Assembly: GCF_004010195.1 (NCBI RefSeq)
Contig: NC_057746.1
Location: forward strand, 28,925,861 to 28,989,860
DNA: 64,000 bases
Source: Chiloscyllium plagiosum
Lineage: Eukaryota
Reading direction: 5' to 3'
The first letter of the stretch is position 1. Each line of letters opens with the position of its first letter. Positions 11,930-26,362 of the stretch are shown here, piece by piece. A model generated the notes under the pieces. The model saw only the letters and a program-made list of their open reading frames with translations, ran no database searches and had not been told where the DNA came from. Both the position numbers and the translations under genes were made by a program.

Positions 11930-12410
11930 GTCAAAGAGTCATAGAGATGTACAGCATGGAAATAGACCCTTCGATCCAACCCATCCATGCCAACCAGATA
12001 TCCCAACCCAATCTAGTCCCACATGCCAGCACCCGGCCCATATCCCTCCAACCCCTTCCTATTCATATATCCATCCAAATGCCTCTTAAATGTTGCAATT
12101 GTACCAGCCTCCACCACATCCTCTGGCAGCTCATTCCATACACGTACCACCCTCTGCATGAAAAAGTTGCCCCTTAGGTCTCTTTTACATCTTTCCCCTC
12201 TCACCCTAAACCTATGCCCTCTAGTTCTGGACTCCCTGACCCCAGGGAAAAGACTTTGTCTATTTATCCTATCCATGCCCTTCATAATTTTGTAAACCTC
12301 TATAAGGTCACCCCCTCAGCCTCCGACGCTCCAGGGAAAACAGCCCCAGCCTGTTTAGCCTCTCCCTGTAGCTCAAATCCTCCAACCCTGGCAACATCCT
12401 TGTAAATCTG
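11930..12410 (-). mobile_element. CR1-clade LINE 3' end
   Basis: TRGHRFRV..RGNFFMQRVVRVWNELP..FKRHLD motif. Confidence 0.85.
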
Positions 12411-15359
12411 GAAAAGGTATTTGAGAAATTGTCACTTAAAATTTTAATTTTTCACTGGGGCCTAGGAGGTTGAGGTGTGACCTTATAGAGATTTATAAAA
12501 TCATAAGGGATATAAATAGTGTGAGGCAATTTTCTGTTACAGAGAGGGCTTAGAATGTGAAAGTAGTGAATGTGAATACAGTTGCAACATTTAAAAGACA
12601 TTTAGATAAGTACATGCACAAGAAATGCTTGGAGGGATATGGGCCAAGTAAAGGAAAGTGGTTACCAGTTTAGTTTCAGATTATCGTCATCCTAGACTGG
12701 TTGGAAGGAAAAGTCTATTCCATGCTGTATGACTCAAAAATAATTCAAAGTTAAAGCCCATTGAATAAAATGACAGTGACACTATGAAAATGAATGCTTC
12801 ATTGTTTTAAAAAAGGGTCACTGGACTGAAAACGTTAACTCAGTTACTCACCTCGTAAATGCTGCCAGACCTGCTGAGCCTTTTCCAGCAATTTCTGTTT
12901 TTGTTTCATGAAGAGTTGTTTGTGCTTTATTTTCCGAAAATGAATTCATCTGGGTGACAGTGAATGGGTATTTTGCAGATGGGACAAGTTTTACAGTGAT
13001 GTTTCTTCTGTATCAGTTCCTGGAGCACTGATTTTCTGGTATATGTCAATGACTTGAGTGCGAGCCTGTGGACTGAGTTGGGACTAATATAGATGTCATC
13101 AAAGTCAGCATTATTTAAACAGCAAATAGATCAATGATAGACATCTGGAGGACAGAGACATATCAATGGAATAAACTGACATCTTGAAGCTGTAATTTAT
13201 GTGAAGTGGTACCTTTTGATTTTAAGCTCTTGATCACAGTGTCACATCATCAATCATTTGTGCACATATTCATCAAAGCCTGCTTGTTCCTCCACTTGCT
13301 TTAGAATTTACCCTTTTGTTTATATGGTCCTTCTCTTTGAATCAAATATCTGTACAAAATGAACAAAATTATGAAGAAATTCTACAAAACATTGTTTGAC
13401 CTCTACAGGTGAGCTTTATCGAATTCTGGACATGGCACTTTGCAAAGATATGAATACATTGACCATAGTTTTGGGAAAGAAGACATCAGTTTGCAAAATA
13501 GATCTGAGAGGTGGGTTATTCTCCTGAGGGTAGAGAAAATTCTGAGCAGGTTTACAAGATTTAATAAAAATTATCAGGTGCCTGAACAAAATAGTGAAAG
13601 CATGAGAATCTGTTTGTTTTGACAGAAGTGTCCCTAACAAGAGCTGATGGACTTCTAGTGATTGGCAAATTAATCAAAAGCAACTGCAGGAAAAAGGTTT
13701 CAATGAAACTGTGAGACGTCAGGAACTGGAATCCATTGCCTGAGAATCAGGTGGCGGGTGATCCAATCAGGGCTGTCTATCTAATGAGAAAGTCACAGTA
13801 AAATGAAATGAAAGTATTAATGATAATGTTAATATGACATTAGTCAGAGACATGCTGTCAAGAATCAACAAAGAGGGCACTGGAAGAATATTAATAAAGA
13901 GCTATAATTAATATTCAACATATCAGAATGTTAATAAAAGTTTATAGGTTTTACTGAGAGACGCTAGTCATTGGTCTTTGAGAAGGTAAAGACAGAAATG
14001 TATCAGACTCAAAGCAGGAACAGTTGAGCTCAGTTACAGCCGCCCGTAAAATGCAATGTAGACACCCAGATCCCAGAGCCCATTGGAGACAGAGTCCATG
14101 AGAGTAGAGCAATAGACTTGGCCAGATCAGCAAAAATCAAAATGTTTTTCCAGGCAAAAGTCAGGGCAATAAGTATGGGTGAATTGCACCTCGAATGGAT
14201 CAACGCAGACACAATGGGCCAAATGGCCTTTTTCTCTGTTGACCATTCTACATTTTAATGATTTTGTGATCAGTTTTGCGATATCCACCATATCTAAGGA
14301 AGAATGCACTGGCCTTAGAGGCTGTCCAGAGGACTTTTACAATAATGATCCCAGGGATGAAGGGATTGTCATATGAGGAGTGGTTGAGAATGCTGAGCCT
14401 GTACTGATGGACCTCCATCCATCCCTTGTGTTCAGGAGCAGCAGTGTGTCTTTAAAATGTACTGCAATAACTCTCCCAGCTCTGAAATCTTGGTCACTGC
14501 TCATTCTTAATGTGTTTTTGCTAGGTTTGTTTTTCAGAGAAGCTTCAGAATAATGTTAATGAGTTTCTAATTCAGTCTTTTTGTTATCCGTTGAGGAGAC
14601 TTCCAACAACATCACTGAGGTGGACATTTTTTGTTGGTTTCTCTCATTTTAATTGGGATTACTAGAGTCTGATCCTAAGCCCAGGAATAACCTGTGTTTC
14701 AATGGACAGTAACTGTGTGGGCCCCATAGCTGATGAGTAAAGACATCCTGCTTATCTAAAGGTCAAACAGAGCTCTGCATCAGATACTAGGCCAGGTCAA
14801 GGCAGAGCCCAGTTCCAGTTTCTGGGCAAAGTCCAGCCAGAGGCGTAACACACACCCTGGACTAGGATCAGGCATCTGGGGATCCTGTGGGCAGCCAGTT
14901 GCAGGGTGGGACACAAATCATTAGGGGCTTGGAAAGAATTGGTTTCTTTTAACACTATCATTCATTAGCTGGGAGATGCTTGACATCCAGTCAGAAATTG
15001 AATGATCTGCTCACTCGCTTGTTGGCTGGGGACAGGTGGTTATCATGAGGATGGATGTTCTAAATGACCAGTGATGAGAGAGAGTGGTTGGGAAAGGGCA
15101 GGTGGGGTAATTACAGATCAGAGAATATGGAGTGAAAGCTCCAGCAATGCATTGAAGCAAAGTCACCAATGCCCATGTCTTTGGAGTGGTCAGAGAGGAT
15201 GGTTAGTCAGCTCAGTTGGTTGGGTAGCTGGTTTGCAATTAGGGATGATCCTGAAATGCTTTTGTTTTTATTGGTACGCCCAATGCTATCAGGGAGGGAG
15301 TTCCATGATATCACCGTAATGACACTGAAGGAGCTGCATTACAGTTTGAAATCAGGACG

Positions 15360-15720
15360 GACAATAGACAATAAACAATAGACAATAGGTGCAGGAGTAG
15401 GCCATTCTTCCCTTCGAGCCTGCACCACCATTCAATATGATCATGGCTGATCATCCTTAATCAGTATCCTGTTCCTGCCTTATCTCCATAACCCTTGATT
15501 CCACTATCCTTGAGAGCTCTATCCAACTCTTTCTTAAACGACTCCAGAGACTGGGCCTCCACTGCCCCCTGAGGCAGAGCATTCCACACAGCCACCACTC
15601 TCTGGGTGAAGAAGTTTCTCCTCAACTCTGTCCTAAATGGTCTACCCTGTATTTTTAAGCTGTGTCCTCTGGTTCGGCACTCACCCATCAGCGGAAACAT
15701 ATTTCCTGCCTCCAGAGTGT
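15360..15720 (-). mobile_element. CR1/L2-type LINE 3' end with short tandem tail
   Basis: TRGHSLK..RRNFFTQRVVAVWNALP..FKKELD. Confidence 0.8.
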
Positions 15721-16959
15721 CACGGCGAGTGACTTGGAGGGGAACTTGCAGGTGGTGGTGTTCCCATGTTTCTGGATGATAGCAAAATGACAGAGTAGGT
15801 TCAGAAATGTGACATGCAGCGATCTTATAAGCACAAAGAGAGAATGAAGAGATTTGGAAAGACTGGACAGGACTGTCTTAGCTAAATGAGGACTGATATC
15901 GGGTTCTGAGTGACTGGATAGGGTGGAAACCCAAAGGTTGTTTACTCTTGTGGTGGAGAAGTCTGCCTTTAATGACAGAGAGACAAATAATGTATCTCTC
16001 AGAGGGTCAATGAAGTATGGTAATCTCTTCTCAACTATGTACATGAGGCTGGTCTTTAAATTTATTCAAAATTACGTTCAATAGATTTTTCACAGACAGG
16101 GGAGTGAAAGGTTAAGGTATACGTACAGGAAAGTGGAGGTTAGAATTCATTGAATGTCAGACAGCATGATAGAACAAGTGATCTACTCCTGCTCTTATGT
16201 CCTTTGTTCCTGTGTATGGTCTATTTCATCATTCACCAAAAAGTGAGAAACAAAAATAGTGACGAGTTTTAGGATGAAAGTACATAAAATTCAAATTATT
16301 CTCTCCATGCTCTGATTGTTCCTGCACTGACAGGCAGTGAGATGGAGAGTCAAACAGAGATGGACAGAGACAGAAACAGAATGAGCATACTGCTTACTCT
16401 AATTCTTCCCTCTCCACCCTCCCAGTTTAAACCTTCCGCTCTCAGGATATTAACAGGAAAAGAGAGGGTAAGTAGAAATAAACTACTTCCAAAATAGTGG
16501 CGTAGTCTGAGACTTAGGGCCAGACCATTCAGCAGAAATGTTCAGCAGCACTTCTATGCACAAAGGGTGGTGAATATTTGGAATGCTCTTCCACAAATGG
16601 CAGTGAATGCAAGATCAGTTGTCAACAAAAGCTTAGTTACCTAAGATTTAAATTTAAGAAAGTGTATTAAGGGGTAAGGTTGAAAGAGAGGTATATGAAG
16701 TTAGGCCACAAATCAATCACTGAAGTTTGAAACTGGTTAGAGAGCTTGAATGGCCTACCTCTGTTCATTGGTCTACCTCTTCACGTTAATATAGCGTATG
16801 ACAATGCTGCTTCTTTAACAAGGTTATGCTTTTTTCCTCTAAGAAGTCATAAAAGCAGCAATTCTGAACAGTCTAATTTTGAATAGTTTTAGGGCCAATT
16901 TGATTATAGTTAACAGATACTGTCTAGACAAAAGGCTTTCACGTTTAAAAAAACTTAAC

Positions 16960-19740
16960 CTTAGAGACATAGCAATGTATAGCATGCCAAACTCATCCAT
17001 GCTGACCAGATATCCCAACCCAATCTAGTTCCACCTGCCAGCACTTCCCTATATCCCTCCAAACCCTTCCCAATAATATACCCATCCAAATGCCTTTTAA
17101 ATGTTGCAATTGTACCAGCCTTGACCACTTCCTCTGGCAGCTCATTCCATACATGTACCATGTATGAAAAAGTTGTCTGTTAGGTCTCTCTTATATCTTT
17201 TCCCACTCACCCTAAACATATGCCCTCTAGTTCTGGACTCCCCCACTCCAGGGAAAAGACTTTATCTAGATATCTTATCCATGCCTCTCATGATTTTATA
17301 AACCTCTAAAATGTCACCCCTCAGCTTCCAACGCTCCAAGTAAACAGTCCCAGCCTATTCAACTTCTCCATATAGCTCAAATCCTCCAACCCTGGCAACA
17401 TCCTTGTAAACCTTTTCTGAACCCTTTCAAGTTTCACAACATCTTTCCGATTGGAAGGAGACCAGAATTGCACGCAATATTCCAAAAGTGGCAGAACCAA
17501 TGTCTTGTACAGCTGCAACATGACCTCCCTACTCCTGTACTCAACACTCTGACCAATAAAAGAAAGCATACTAAACACCTTCTTCACTATCCTAGCTACC
17601 TGCTACTCTACTTTCAAGGAGCTATGAACCTGCACTCCAAGATCTCTTTGTTCAGCAACACTCCCTAGGATTTTACCATTACCTCTAAGATTTGTTTTCC
17701 CAAAATGCAGCACCTCGCATTTATCTGAATTAAACTCCATCTGCCATCTCTCTGGCCATTGGCCCATCTGGTCAAGATTCTGTTATAATCTGAGGTAACC
17801 CTGTTCGCTGTCCACTACACCTCCAATTTTGGTGTTATCTGCAAACTTACTAATTGTACCTCTTATGCTCACATCCAAATAATTTATGTAAATGGCAAAA
17901 AGTAGGGGACCCAGCACCGATCCTTGTGGCACACCACTAGTCACAGGCCTCCAGTCTGAAAAACAACCCTCCACCACCACCCTCTGTCTTCTACCTTTGA
18001 GCCAGTTTTGTATCCGAATGGCTAGTTTTCCCTGTATTCTGAGATCTAGCCTTGCTAATCAGTCTCCCATGGGGAACCTTGTTGAACACCTTATTGAAGT
18101 CCATATATATAACATCTACTGCTCTGCTTCATCAATCCTCTTTGTTACTTCTTCAAAAAACTCAATCAACTTTGTGAGATATGATTTCCCATGCACAAAG
18201 CAATGCTGACTATCCTTAATCAGTCCTTGCATTTCCAAATACATGTACATCCTGTCTCTCAGGATTCCCTCCAAAAACATGCCCATCACCGACGTCAGGC
18301 TCACTGGCCTATAGTTCCCTGGCTAGTCCTTACCACCCTCCTTAAACAGTGGCACCATGTTAGCCAACCTCCAGTCTTCCAGCACCTCATCTGCGACTAT
18401 CAATGATACAAATATCTCAGCAAGAGGCCCAGCATCACTCCTCTAGCTTCCCACAGAGTTCTCGGGCACACCTGATCAGGTTCTGAGGATTTATCCACCT
18501 TTATGCATTTCAAGACATCCAGCACTTCTCCTCTGTAATTTGGACATTTTTGCAAGGTGTCACCATCTATTTCCCTACAGTCTATATCTTCCATATCCTT
18601 TTCCACAGTAAATACAGATGCAAACTACTCATTTAGTATTTCCCCATTTTCTGTGGCTCCACACAAAGGCCACCTTGCTGATCTTTGAGGGGCCCTATTT
18701 TCTCCCTTGTTACCCTTTTGTCCTTAAGGTATTTGTAAAAATACTATCATTGGACTCTCGTTATCTCATTTTTTATGTTTTCCCATTTTCCAGCCATCCC
18801 TTTCCCTGTGAACATCTGCCCCCAATCAGCTTTCGAAAGTTCTTGCCTAATACCATCAAAATTGGCCTTTCTCCAATTTAGAACTTCAACTTTTAGATCT
18901 GGTCTATCCTTTTTCATCACTATTTTAAAACAAATAGAATTATGGTCACTGGCCCCAAAATGCTCCCCTACTGACACCTCAGTCACCTGCCCTGCCTTAT
19001 TTCCCAAGAGTAGGTCAAGTTTTGCAACTTCTCTCAAAGGTACATCCACATACTAAATCAGAAAAGGTTCTTGTACATACTTAACAAATTCTTCTCCGTC
19101 TAAACTCTTAAAACTATGGCAGTCCCAGTCTATGTTTGGAAAGTTAAAATCCTCTCCCAAAATCACTGCTACTCCAAAAGATTAGATTATCTACAGTGTG
19201 GAAACAGGCCCTTTGGCCCAACCAGTCCACACCCATTTCCCTCTAACTAATGCACCTAACACTACAGGCAATTTCACATGGCCAATCCACCTGACCTGCA
19301 CCTCATTGGACTGTGGGAGGAAACCGGAGCACCTGGAGGAAACCCACGAAGACACGGGGAGAATGTGCAAACTCTGCACAGACAGTCGCCTGAGGCTGGA
19401 ATCGAACCTAGGACCCTGGTACTGTGAGGCATCAGTGCTAACCACTGTGCCACTTGGAAGAGAGTCCAATGATCCACAAACGTGAATCCTTCTCCCATAC
19501 ACCAGCTCCTCAGCAATGTATTCATCTGCTCAATCCTCCTATTACTGCCCTCACTAGCTCATAGCACCGGGAGTAATCCACATATTACCACTCTTGACGA
19601 TCTCAATTTTAAATTCCTGCCTAACACTCTGTAATCACCCTTCAGAATCTCACCCTTTTCCCTTCCTATGTCATTGGTTCCAATGTGGACAATGACCTCT
19701 TGATGGCCCCTCTCTCCCATGAGTACATTTCTTTCATCAT
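16960..19740 (-). mobile_element. Long decayed CR1 LINE (ORF1 esterase-like fragment, endonuclease end, RT), interrupted by a SINE
   Basis: VHIGTNDIG (ORF1), LDLLL..SDHNSI (endonuclease), GVPQGSVLGPLLF..FADNTK (RT). Confidence 0.9.
19181..19452 (-). mobile_element. V-domain tRNA-derived SINE (HE1-like)
   Basis: gtggttagcact/ggttcgattcc A and B boxes, V central domain, CR1-like tail. Confidence 0.85.
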
Positions 19741-20877
19741 CTAGCATTCCCTCCACCCACCAGCTTGTCCTTTCACCCTCACAGGAATGTACTGTGTCTA
19801 GACTCTCATTATCTCATTTCTGAAGGCTTCCCATTTTCCAGCTGTCCCTTTACCTGAGAACATCTGCCTTGTACAATAAAAGTGTGGTGGCCAATTCTCC
19901 CAGCCAACTTTTGGTTTGCTTTGCTTTGTTTTTTTTTAGCAGACTGACTGTTCACTGAAAGCAGGCAGCCAGATAGTGAGGCTGCAGGTCTAAGAAACAG
20001 CTACATGGAAGAAGGTGTTCCATACTGAATATTTCTGCCATCATTCTCTCTCCTGTAAGACCCTATGTTTGATTTTACATTTTGTGCCAAAGAGTGTTTA
20101 TGGGTATTGGTGCAAGTAGTTAGAACAGCATCATTAAGTTGGGATAGTTGGGTTTTCAGATAGGTTGTTATTCTGTATTCTGTTCTCTTTTGTTTGTGTT
20201 TCATCATAATAGAACATAGAACAGTACAGCACCATACAGGCCCTCTGGCCCTCGATGTGTTGTTGGCCTTTTATCCTACTCTAAGATCGACAAACCTACA
20301 TACCCCTCATGTTACTAACTTCCACGTGCTTATCAAGAATTGCTTAAACGCCCCTAATGTATCTGACTGTACTATCACTGCTGGCAGTGCATTCCATGCA
20401 CTCACCGCTTTCTGAAATCTCCCCTAAACCTTCCTCCAATTCCCATAAAATTATGTCCCCTCATGATCGACATTTCCTCCATGGGTAAGAAAGTCTCTGT
20501 CTATCCACTCTATCTATGTCTCTCAACATCCTGTACACCTCTATCAAATCACCTCTCATCCTCTTTGCTCCAATGAGAAGAACCATAGCTTCCTCAAGTT
20601 TTCTTCATAAAACATGCCCTCCAGTCTAGGCAGCATCCTGGTACATATCCTCTTCACCCTCTCTAAGGCTTCCTCATCTTTCTTATAATGAAATATTGAA
20701 AATGAATTTCCTCTTGTTTAAAACTAAGTGGTTGAGCCAGCTGCATCACTCCTGAAATATCCACTCAACACCTGCTAGCAAAGTTAGGGTCTGGTCTATT
20801 TTTTTGAAATGTTCTGAGGGGGTCTGGCCTGGTTCATTTTAGTGATCACTGCACTCTACAGTCTCTAGAGAGCTTTA

Positions 20878-21037
20878 CAGAGGAAGCTTGATTATCTGAA
20901 GGACATGGATGGGGAATATTTTGTTCGGATAATCGAATGCTGGATAATCGAATGCCAGATAACACAGTTTAGCCAACCATCGGGACCTTGCGATCTCTTT
21001 TGGATTATCCGAAATTCGGATAATCAAGGTTCCTCTG
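20878..21037. mobile_element. Tc1/mariner-pogo-like MITE
   Basis: 23-bp terminal inverted repeats, cagaggaagcttgattatctgaa and ttcggataatcaaggttcctctg (2 mismatches); TA on the left flank. Confidence 0.75.
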
Positions 21038-21769
21038 ATAATTATCCTGCTTTTACTCTCTGGGCTATGGCAAATAAAGGTTCCCTTATTTAGAGAAATG
21101 AACAGGCAGGAGAAAGAGGGATATGGATTAGTAGAAGCAAAACGTTTTCTATTTGGAAAGGCATCCGGTGCCAACGCAGGTTTGGTGGGCCAAAGGGCCT
21201 GTTCCTTGCTGTCCTGGCCTTTGTTCATTGTTTATTACCATAACCCCTTTACTGACCTGCTCCAGGAAAGGTGTGATCACACCAATGAGGTTACAGAGCA
21301 GATTTAAAACGTGTTGTCGGACTGGAGACTTTAGCAACAGGATAGGCTGTTTTCTTTTTGTAACTGAGGAGATGTTAACTGTGGAGTAGAAATAGAGAGG
21401 CCGAGGTAAACAGTTTAGACAGATCCCATAACAGAGAGGGCCAGGGATGTAAAGTAATGGAAGGATATTAGACCCAGAGACTGGGAATTCGGATCTGGAT
21501 CTCCCTGTCTGAAAGAGGAATAGCGAAGAAACTGTTTTTTTGAAAAGTGGTTTGTGTACAGATAACGTTTTGGAAGGTGGGGTTAGACTCGACGGGCCGA
21601 TTGGTCTCCCTTTCTGTGCCCTGAACCTCATGTGAGAGTGCACGTGTGTGCAAGACATACAATGTATGTATAAATAAACGAACATTGGGGAGAATCGGGG
21701 GGGAAAGAGTGCGTGTGGGGGAGCAGGGAGTGATCTTCCTCTCCTGAAACAGCGAATGGTGGAAATTAA

Positions 21770-22390
21770 TCCGAGCGGGATTCCCGATGGGACAGGAAGT
21801 TGAACAAACATTTCAATGTTATAGAGGCTGCAGATAACCTGGCGAAGGCTCAGCTCAAGATTCTCCAGATTAAACTCTGAAGCACAGCCGCCCTTCCACA
21901 GTTTATAATGTTAACGCCCTCAAAATTCTCGTTGAAAATCTTACAAAAGGGAAGCGGAGGTGACATCAAATAGAAACTGAAAGGCGCTATCACTGCTCCT
22001 TGGTGTCGCCCTTCCCGAATTTTGGATTTTTCTTTCTGGGTGAGTTTGGGGGTAATTTCAGCTCCTGCCAGTTTCGGTGTAATTGACTCCGGTCTCCCTG
22101 AGGGTGGGGAGCCCCTGGATCACACACTCAGCCCCGGAACCGAACAGAGGCCCGGCCCGGGGACTGGGAGGGCCTGGGCTGTGGGAGAACAGAGCCTGAG
22201 TGAAGGGGAGAGCGGGATGCCGGAGACAGGGTGGGTAAATATTAACCCGTCTGTTCCCGTGTGGGAAAGTGAAACACGGGTATTCCCAGCTCCAAACGGA
22301 TTCCCGCTCCATGTCTGGGATGGTCCCAGGTTTCGCTGAACTGGAGTCCTCACTTTACAGCAGTGAGGGAAATGGAAATAGAAGTCAGAC
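21770..22390 (+). promoter_or_regulatory. Putative interferon/NF-kB-responsive promoter and non-coding first exon of gene 2
   Basis: CpG-enriched unique sequence. kB-like GGGATTCCC at 21777-21785; ETS ACAGGAAGT at 21792-21800; CRE-like TGACATCA at 21961-21968; ISREs GAAACTGAAAG at 21973-21983 and GGAAAGTGAAAC at 22264-22275. Donor g|gtgagt after 22039, with a matching acceptor at 26318. Confidence 0.6.
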
Positions 22391-22434
22391 TCGTGAGTGA
22401 ATCTGCCCTGCCCCCCCCAAAGGAGCGGGTTCTC

Positions 22435-22610
22435 GGGAATATTTAACAGGTTTGGCAAGGCTGGTAACTGGTCCAGTGTCAGCTTGAGTCAAGTGTTGTG
22501 ACTCCTGCCTTTACATCAGGACGTTGTGGGTTCAAGTCCCCCTCCAGGACTTGACCGTAAAAACCCAGAGAGACAGTCCAGTGCAGTACTGAGGGACTGC
22601 GCTCTGAGCA
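22435..22610 (+). mobile_element. 5' part of a Deu-domain-type SINE; locally duplicated with its flank at about 25010-25200
   Basis: gggttcaagtccc..ccagtgcagtactgaggga; a more complete copy lies at about 33700-33990. Confidence 0.6.
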
Positions 22611-23489
22611 AGGAGACCTTTTATCCAAAAGTTGATCTTTTGGCGGTGTGCTGGTAGATCTAAACGATCCCGAGGCTCCTACTTAATTTCCTGATGAAAG
22701 GCTTTTGCCCGAAACGTCGACTCTCCTGCTCCTCGGATGTTACCTGGCCTGACCTGCTGTGCTTTTACAGCACCACACTCTTGGCAGGGGATTTGTTTTC
22801 ACTGTACAGAAGTACTGCGTTAGCTTTGGGACGTCGATGTAAAGTACTATGTAAATGCGAGGCTTTCCACCAGTCAACGTTATTCAGGAGCTTGCAAGGG
22901 TCGGTGTTGCAGGATCTGGATGTGCGTGGCTATGGACATCCTTGGGCTGGTGACTAGCGCTTTTGAATGGAAGATAGTCATTAATAAATCCAACTGATAA
23001 ACCTGCCGCAACTTCCTCAACCAGAAAGAGGGAGTGGTTGATGTGGGTGCTCTTTCTCCCCCACTCTCTCCGTCTCTGTTTCAGGATGTTGAATCTCACA
23101 TTTCCTGTGCAGTGCCCCAGGCGAACTAGAGAAAACTTTCAGAAACTGGCCATTCAGCCCCACGTGTCTGTGTGGGCAGAATATATCCGTGCAATCCTAA
23201 ACATTCTCTTTCCACCTTCCAGCTCCTGGTCCATAGCCATGCACATCCAGATCCAGTAACTTTTTAAATGAGTTGAGCATTTTCACGTTTAGTATCAAAT
23301 TGGGCAGAGAATTCCAGATGCTGACCACCCCGAGTGGAAGGGACACTGCTCATGTCCCCTATCATCCTTTATCCATCACCTTCAATTTCTGCCCCCTGGG
23401 AATTGATTGCACTTGGGGGAGGGGGGGACCATGTCTTTCCTGTCCATTCTATCCCAGAGCCTCATATTCGGTACACCTCAATTTAGCCA

Positions 23490-24320
23490 CAGGTCCACAC
23501 CCCCCAACAAACCACCCTCCCGTCCTGGCACCCTCCCCTGCCCCTGCAGGAATTGCAAAACCTGCGCCCACACCTCCTCCCTCACCACCATCCAAGGCCC
23601 AAAGGAGCCTTCCACATATATCAACATTTCACCTGCATATCCACCAAAGTCCTTTATTGTATCCGTTACTCCCGATGTGGTCTCCTCTACACTGGACGCC
23701 TCCCCGCAGAGCGCTTCAGAGAACATCTCCAGGACACCCGCACCATGCAATCCCACTGCCCTGTGGCCCAACATTTCAAATCCCCCTCCCACTCTGCCGA
23801 GGTCATGCAGGACCTGGGCTGCCTCCACCTCTGCTCCCTCATCACCCGACGCCTGGAGGAAGAACATCTTCCGAATTCTTCCGAATTCAACCCCAGGGCA
23901 TCAATGTGGACTTCACCAGTTTCCTCACTTCCCCTTCCCCACCTTATCTCAGTTCTAACCTTCCAGCTCAGCACTGTCCTCATGACCTGTCCTGCCTGCC
24001 TATCTTCCTTCCCACCTATCCGTTACACTTTCCTGTCTGACCTATCACCTAAATCCCCACCCCATTCACCTATTGTACTCTTTGCTACCTTCTCCCACCC
24101 TCCCCTCTGACCTATCACCTCCATCCCCTCCCCCATTCATCTATTGTATCCTTTGCTACCTTCTCCCCAGCATTCCCCCCGCCCCCACACACTTTTATAT
24201 CTCCACCCTGGAGGCTTCCTGTCTCTATTCCTGATGAAGGGCTTTTGCCCGAAACATTGATTTTCCTTGAATGCTGCCTGACCTGCTGTGCTTTTCCAGC
24301 ACCACTCTGATCTAAACTCA
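23490..24320 (+). mobile_element. Penelope-like element 3' part (GIY-YIG endonuclease, degenerate)
   Basis: PCPCRNCKTC..FTC..VLYCIRYSRCGLLYTG..ERFREHL; hammerhead-like motif at about 24227-24260. Confidence 0.85.
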
Positions 24321-26362
24321 ATTCAGTCACCCCCTCAGCCTCTTCAGGAAAACAAGTCTAGCCTACTCGATCATTCCTCATTACTGCAATCTCCAAGCAC
24401 TGTCAACATTGTTGTAAATCTTCTGAATAATGCCTAGAACCATTGTGTCCTTCCTGTAATGAGCTGACCAGAACTATACACGAAACTCCAATCACTAGAC
24501 AGAGTCGTTATATAGCACCAGCAATTATTTTCTGTTTTGTATTCAAGTCTCACCCGATGAAGGAAAGCATCATATATGCCTTCTTTACCTCCTAACCTAC
24601 CTCTCCGGCTGTCCTCAGAGACTGTGGACATGCACTTTAAGATCCTTACTTTTGTGCCCCTCAGTTCTCTCCTGTTTAGTGTGCATTCCTTGGCTTTGCC
24701 CTTCCCAGTTCCCTCATTGAAGGGAATTGCATTTGCCCTCTCAGCCATATCATTGATATCATTTTGCAGTCAACGGCCATTCTGTTCCCTAATAATTACA
24801 TGCTCTGTTTTTAACATGTGGAAATATCCCAATTGTGCTTCCGACATTCACATCTAAATTGTTAATATGTACCATTATCAGATAGGGACCCAACATAGAG
24901 CCCTGTGAAACACCACAAGAAGACGCCTCCCAGTCACAAAAACACCCATTGACTATTACCGTTTGTTTCCTGTCGCTGAGCCAGTTTTGAATCCAATTCA
25001 CCAGGTTACTGGAAATATTGAATAGATTTGACAAGGCTGGCAGCTTACCCAGTGTCAGCTTGAATCAGGTGTTGTGACTCCTTTCTTTTCATCAGGAGTT
25101 TGTCGGCTCAAGTCCCACTCCAGGACTTGACCATAACACCCAGGCTGACACCCCAGTGCAGTACTGAGGGAGTGCTGCAGTATTGGGGGTGTGCTCTGAT
25201 CAATGAGATTTTATTGAAAATCTTACTTGGTCTCTTGGTTTACCCACGTTCAGAGATGTCAGTCCCTCCAGTACTTTTCTTCTCATTATGGTTATCCTTA
25301 TGCACCCACTGCTCCGTAGCAATTAAGTTTTGAAAATAAATATGGTGCATTGGTATGAATAAAGATTCTGCATTTATCATTATAGAATTATTTTATATTG
25401 GGGGAATAATCTGATGCAGATTGTAATTTCATGTCAATCTACACTTCTTTTTATAAAATGTGTACCCAGTGATGCACAATTGATTGTTTAATAAATCTCA
25501 CATGATGTGATCCTGCACCATTCACTTAGATGAGCTTAATCGCTATCTGCACAAGCAATAATAATTGTGATAGAGTGAGGTGTATTAAATTGTTATTTGA
25601 AACTGAAGTATTCAAGGTCTATAGGAGAGTAAAAGGTACCTTGGCCCATTGAGTTGGTATTGGTCTGAAACAGCCACCAGTTTTAATCCCACTTTCCAGT
25701 ACATGGCCTTATATGCCTTGACATTGCAAGTGCACATCTAAATACTTCTTAAAAGTTATGAGGATTTCTGCCTTTACCATGCATTTCAGATTCCTACCAC
25801 CCTCTGGGTAAAAAGGATTTTCCTTACACCCATCTAAACATCCTGCCCTTTACCTTAAACCACTGATCACTTAAACCACTGGTGGAGTTATTGATCACTC
25901 CACCAAGGCGATAAGTTTCTTCCTGTTTACCCTGTTTATGTTCCTCATCATTGTTACATCTCAATCATGTGTCTGCTGAATCTCCTCTGCTCCAAGGAAA
26001 GCAATTTCAGTCTCTCTAATCTCTACTATTTTCCAGTTTTGGAAGAGTCACATAGATGAATAATTTGTGAAAAATTATTAAGAGAGAGGAGAAAATTATG
26101 AAAGTTGGGAAGGCTACTTGGGAATGGACCTATGTGGAAGCCGGTATGTGTTTGTTAGTGAATGTATGTTTCAGTACTGGGTGTATATGTCAGCACATGT
26201 TGATGTAGATACCCAAATGTTGCTGTTCTAGTTGATTGCCCAGTGTGCCCTTAAATTGCTCTGACGCTGACTCTCCCCAGTGTTATTGATGTAAACTGTC
26301 TGGTAATATTTTTAACAGGTACAACACATTATTCTTGCGTCTCCTGACACTGGATTTCTGGA

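Noticed and set aside
21580-21610. ATTGG as the Y box of an MHC-type SXY module
   Set aside because: Lies in a LINE/SINE-tail-like sequence (gactcgacgggccga..) and no convincing X box was found
23273-24040. 255-aa ORF as a host gene (also 56529-57203 and 21149-21811)
   Set aside because: Alternative frames of Penelope elements or antisense to repeat and promoter sequence
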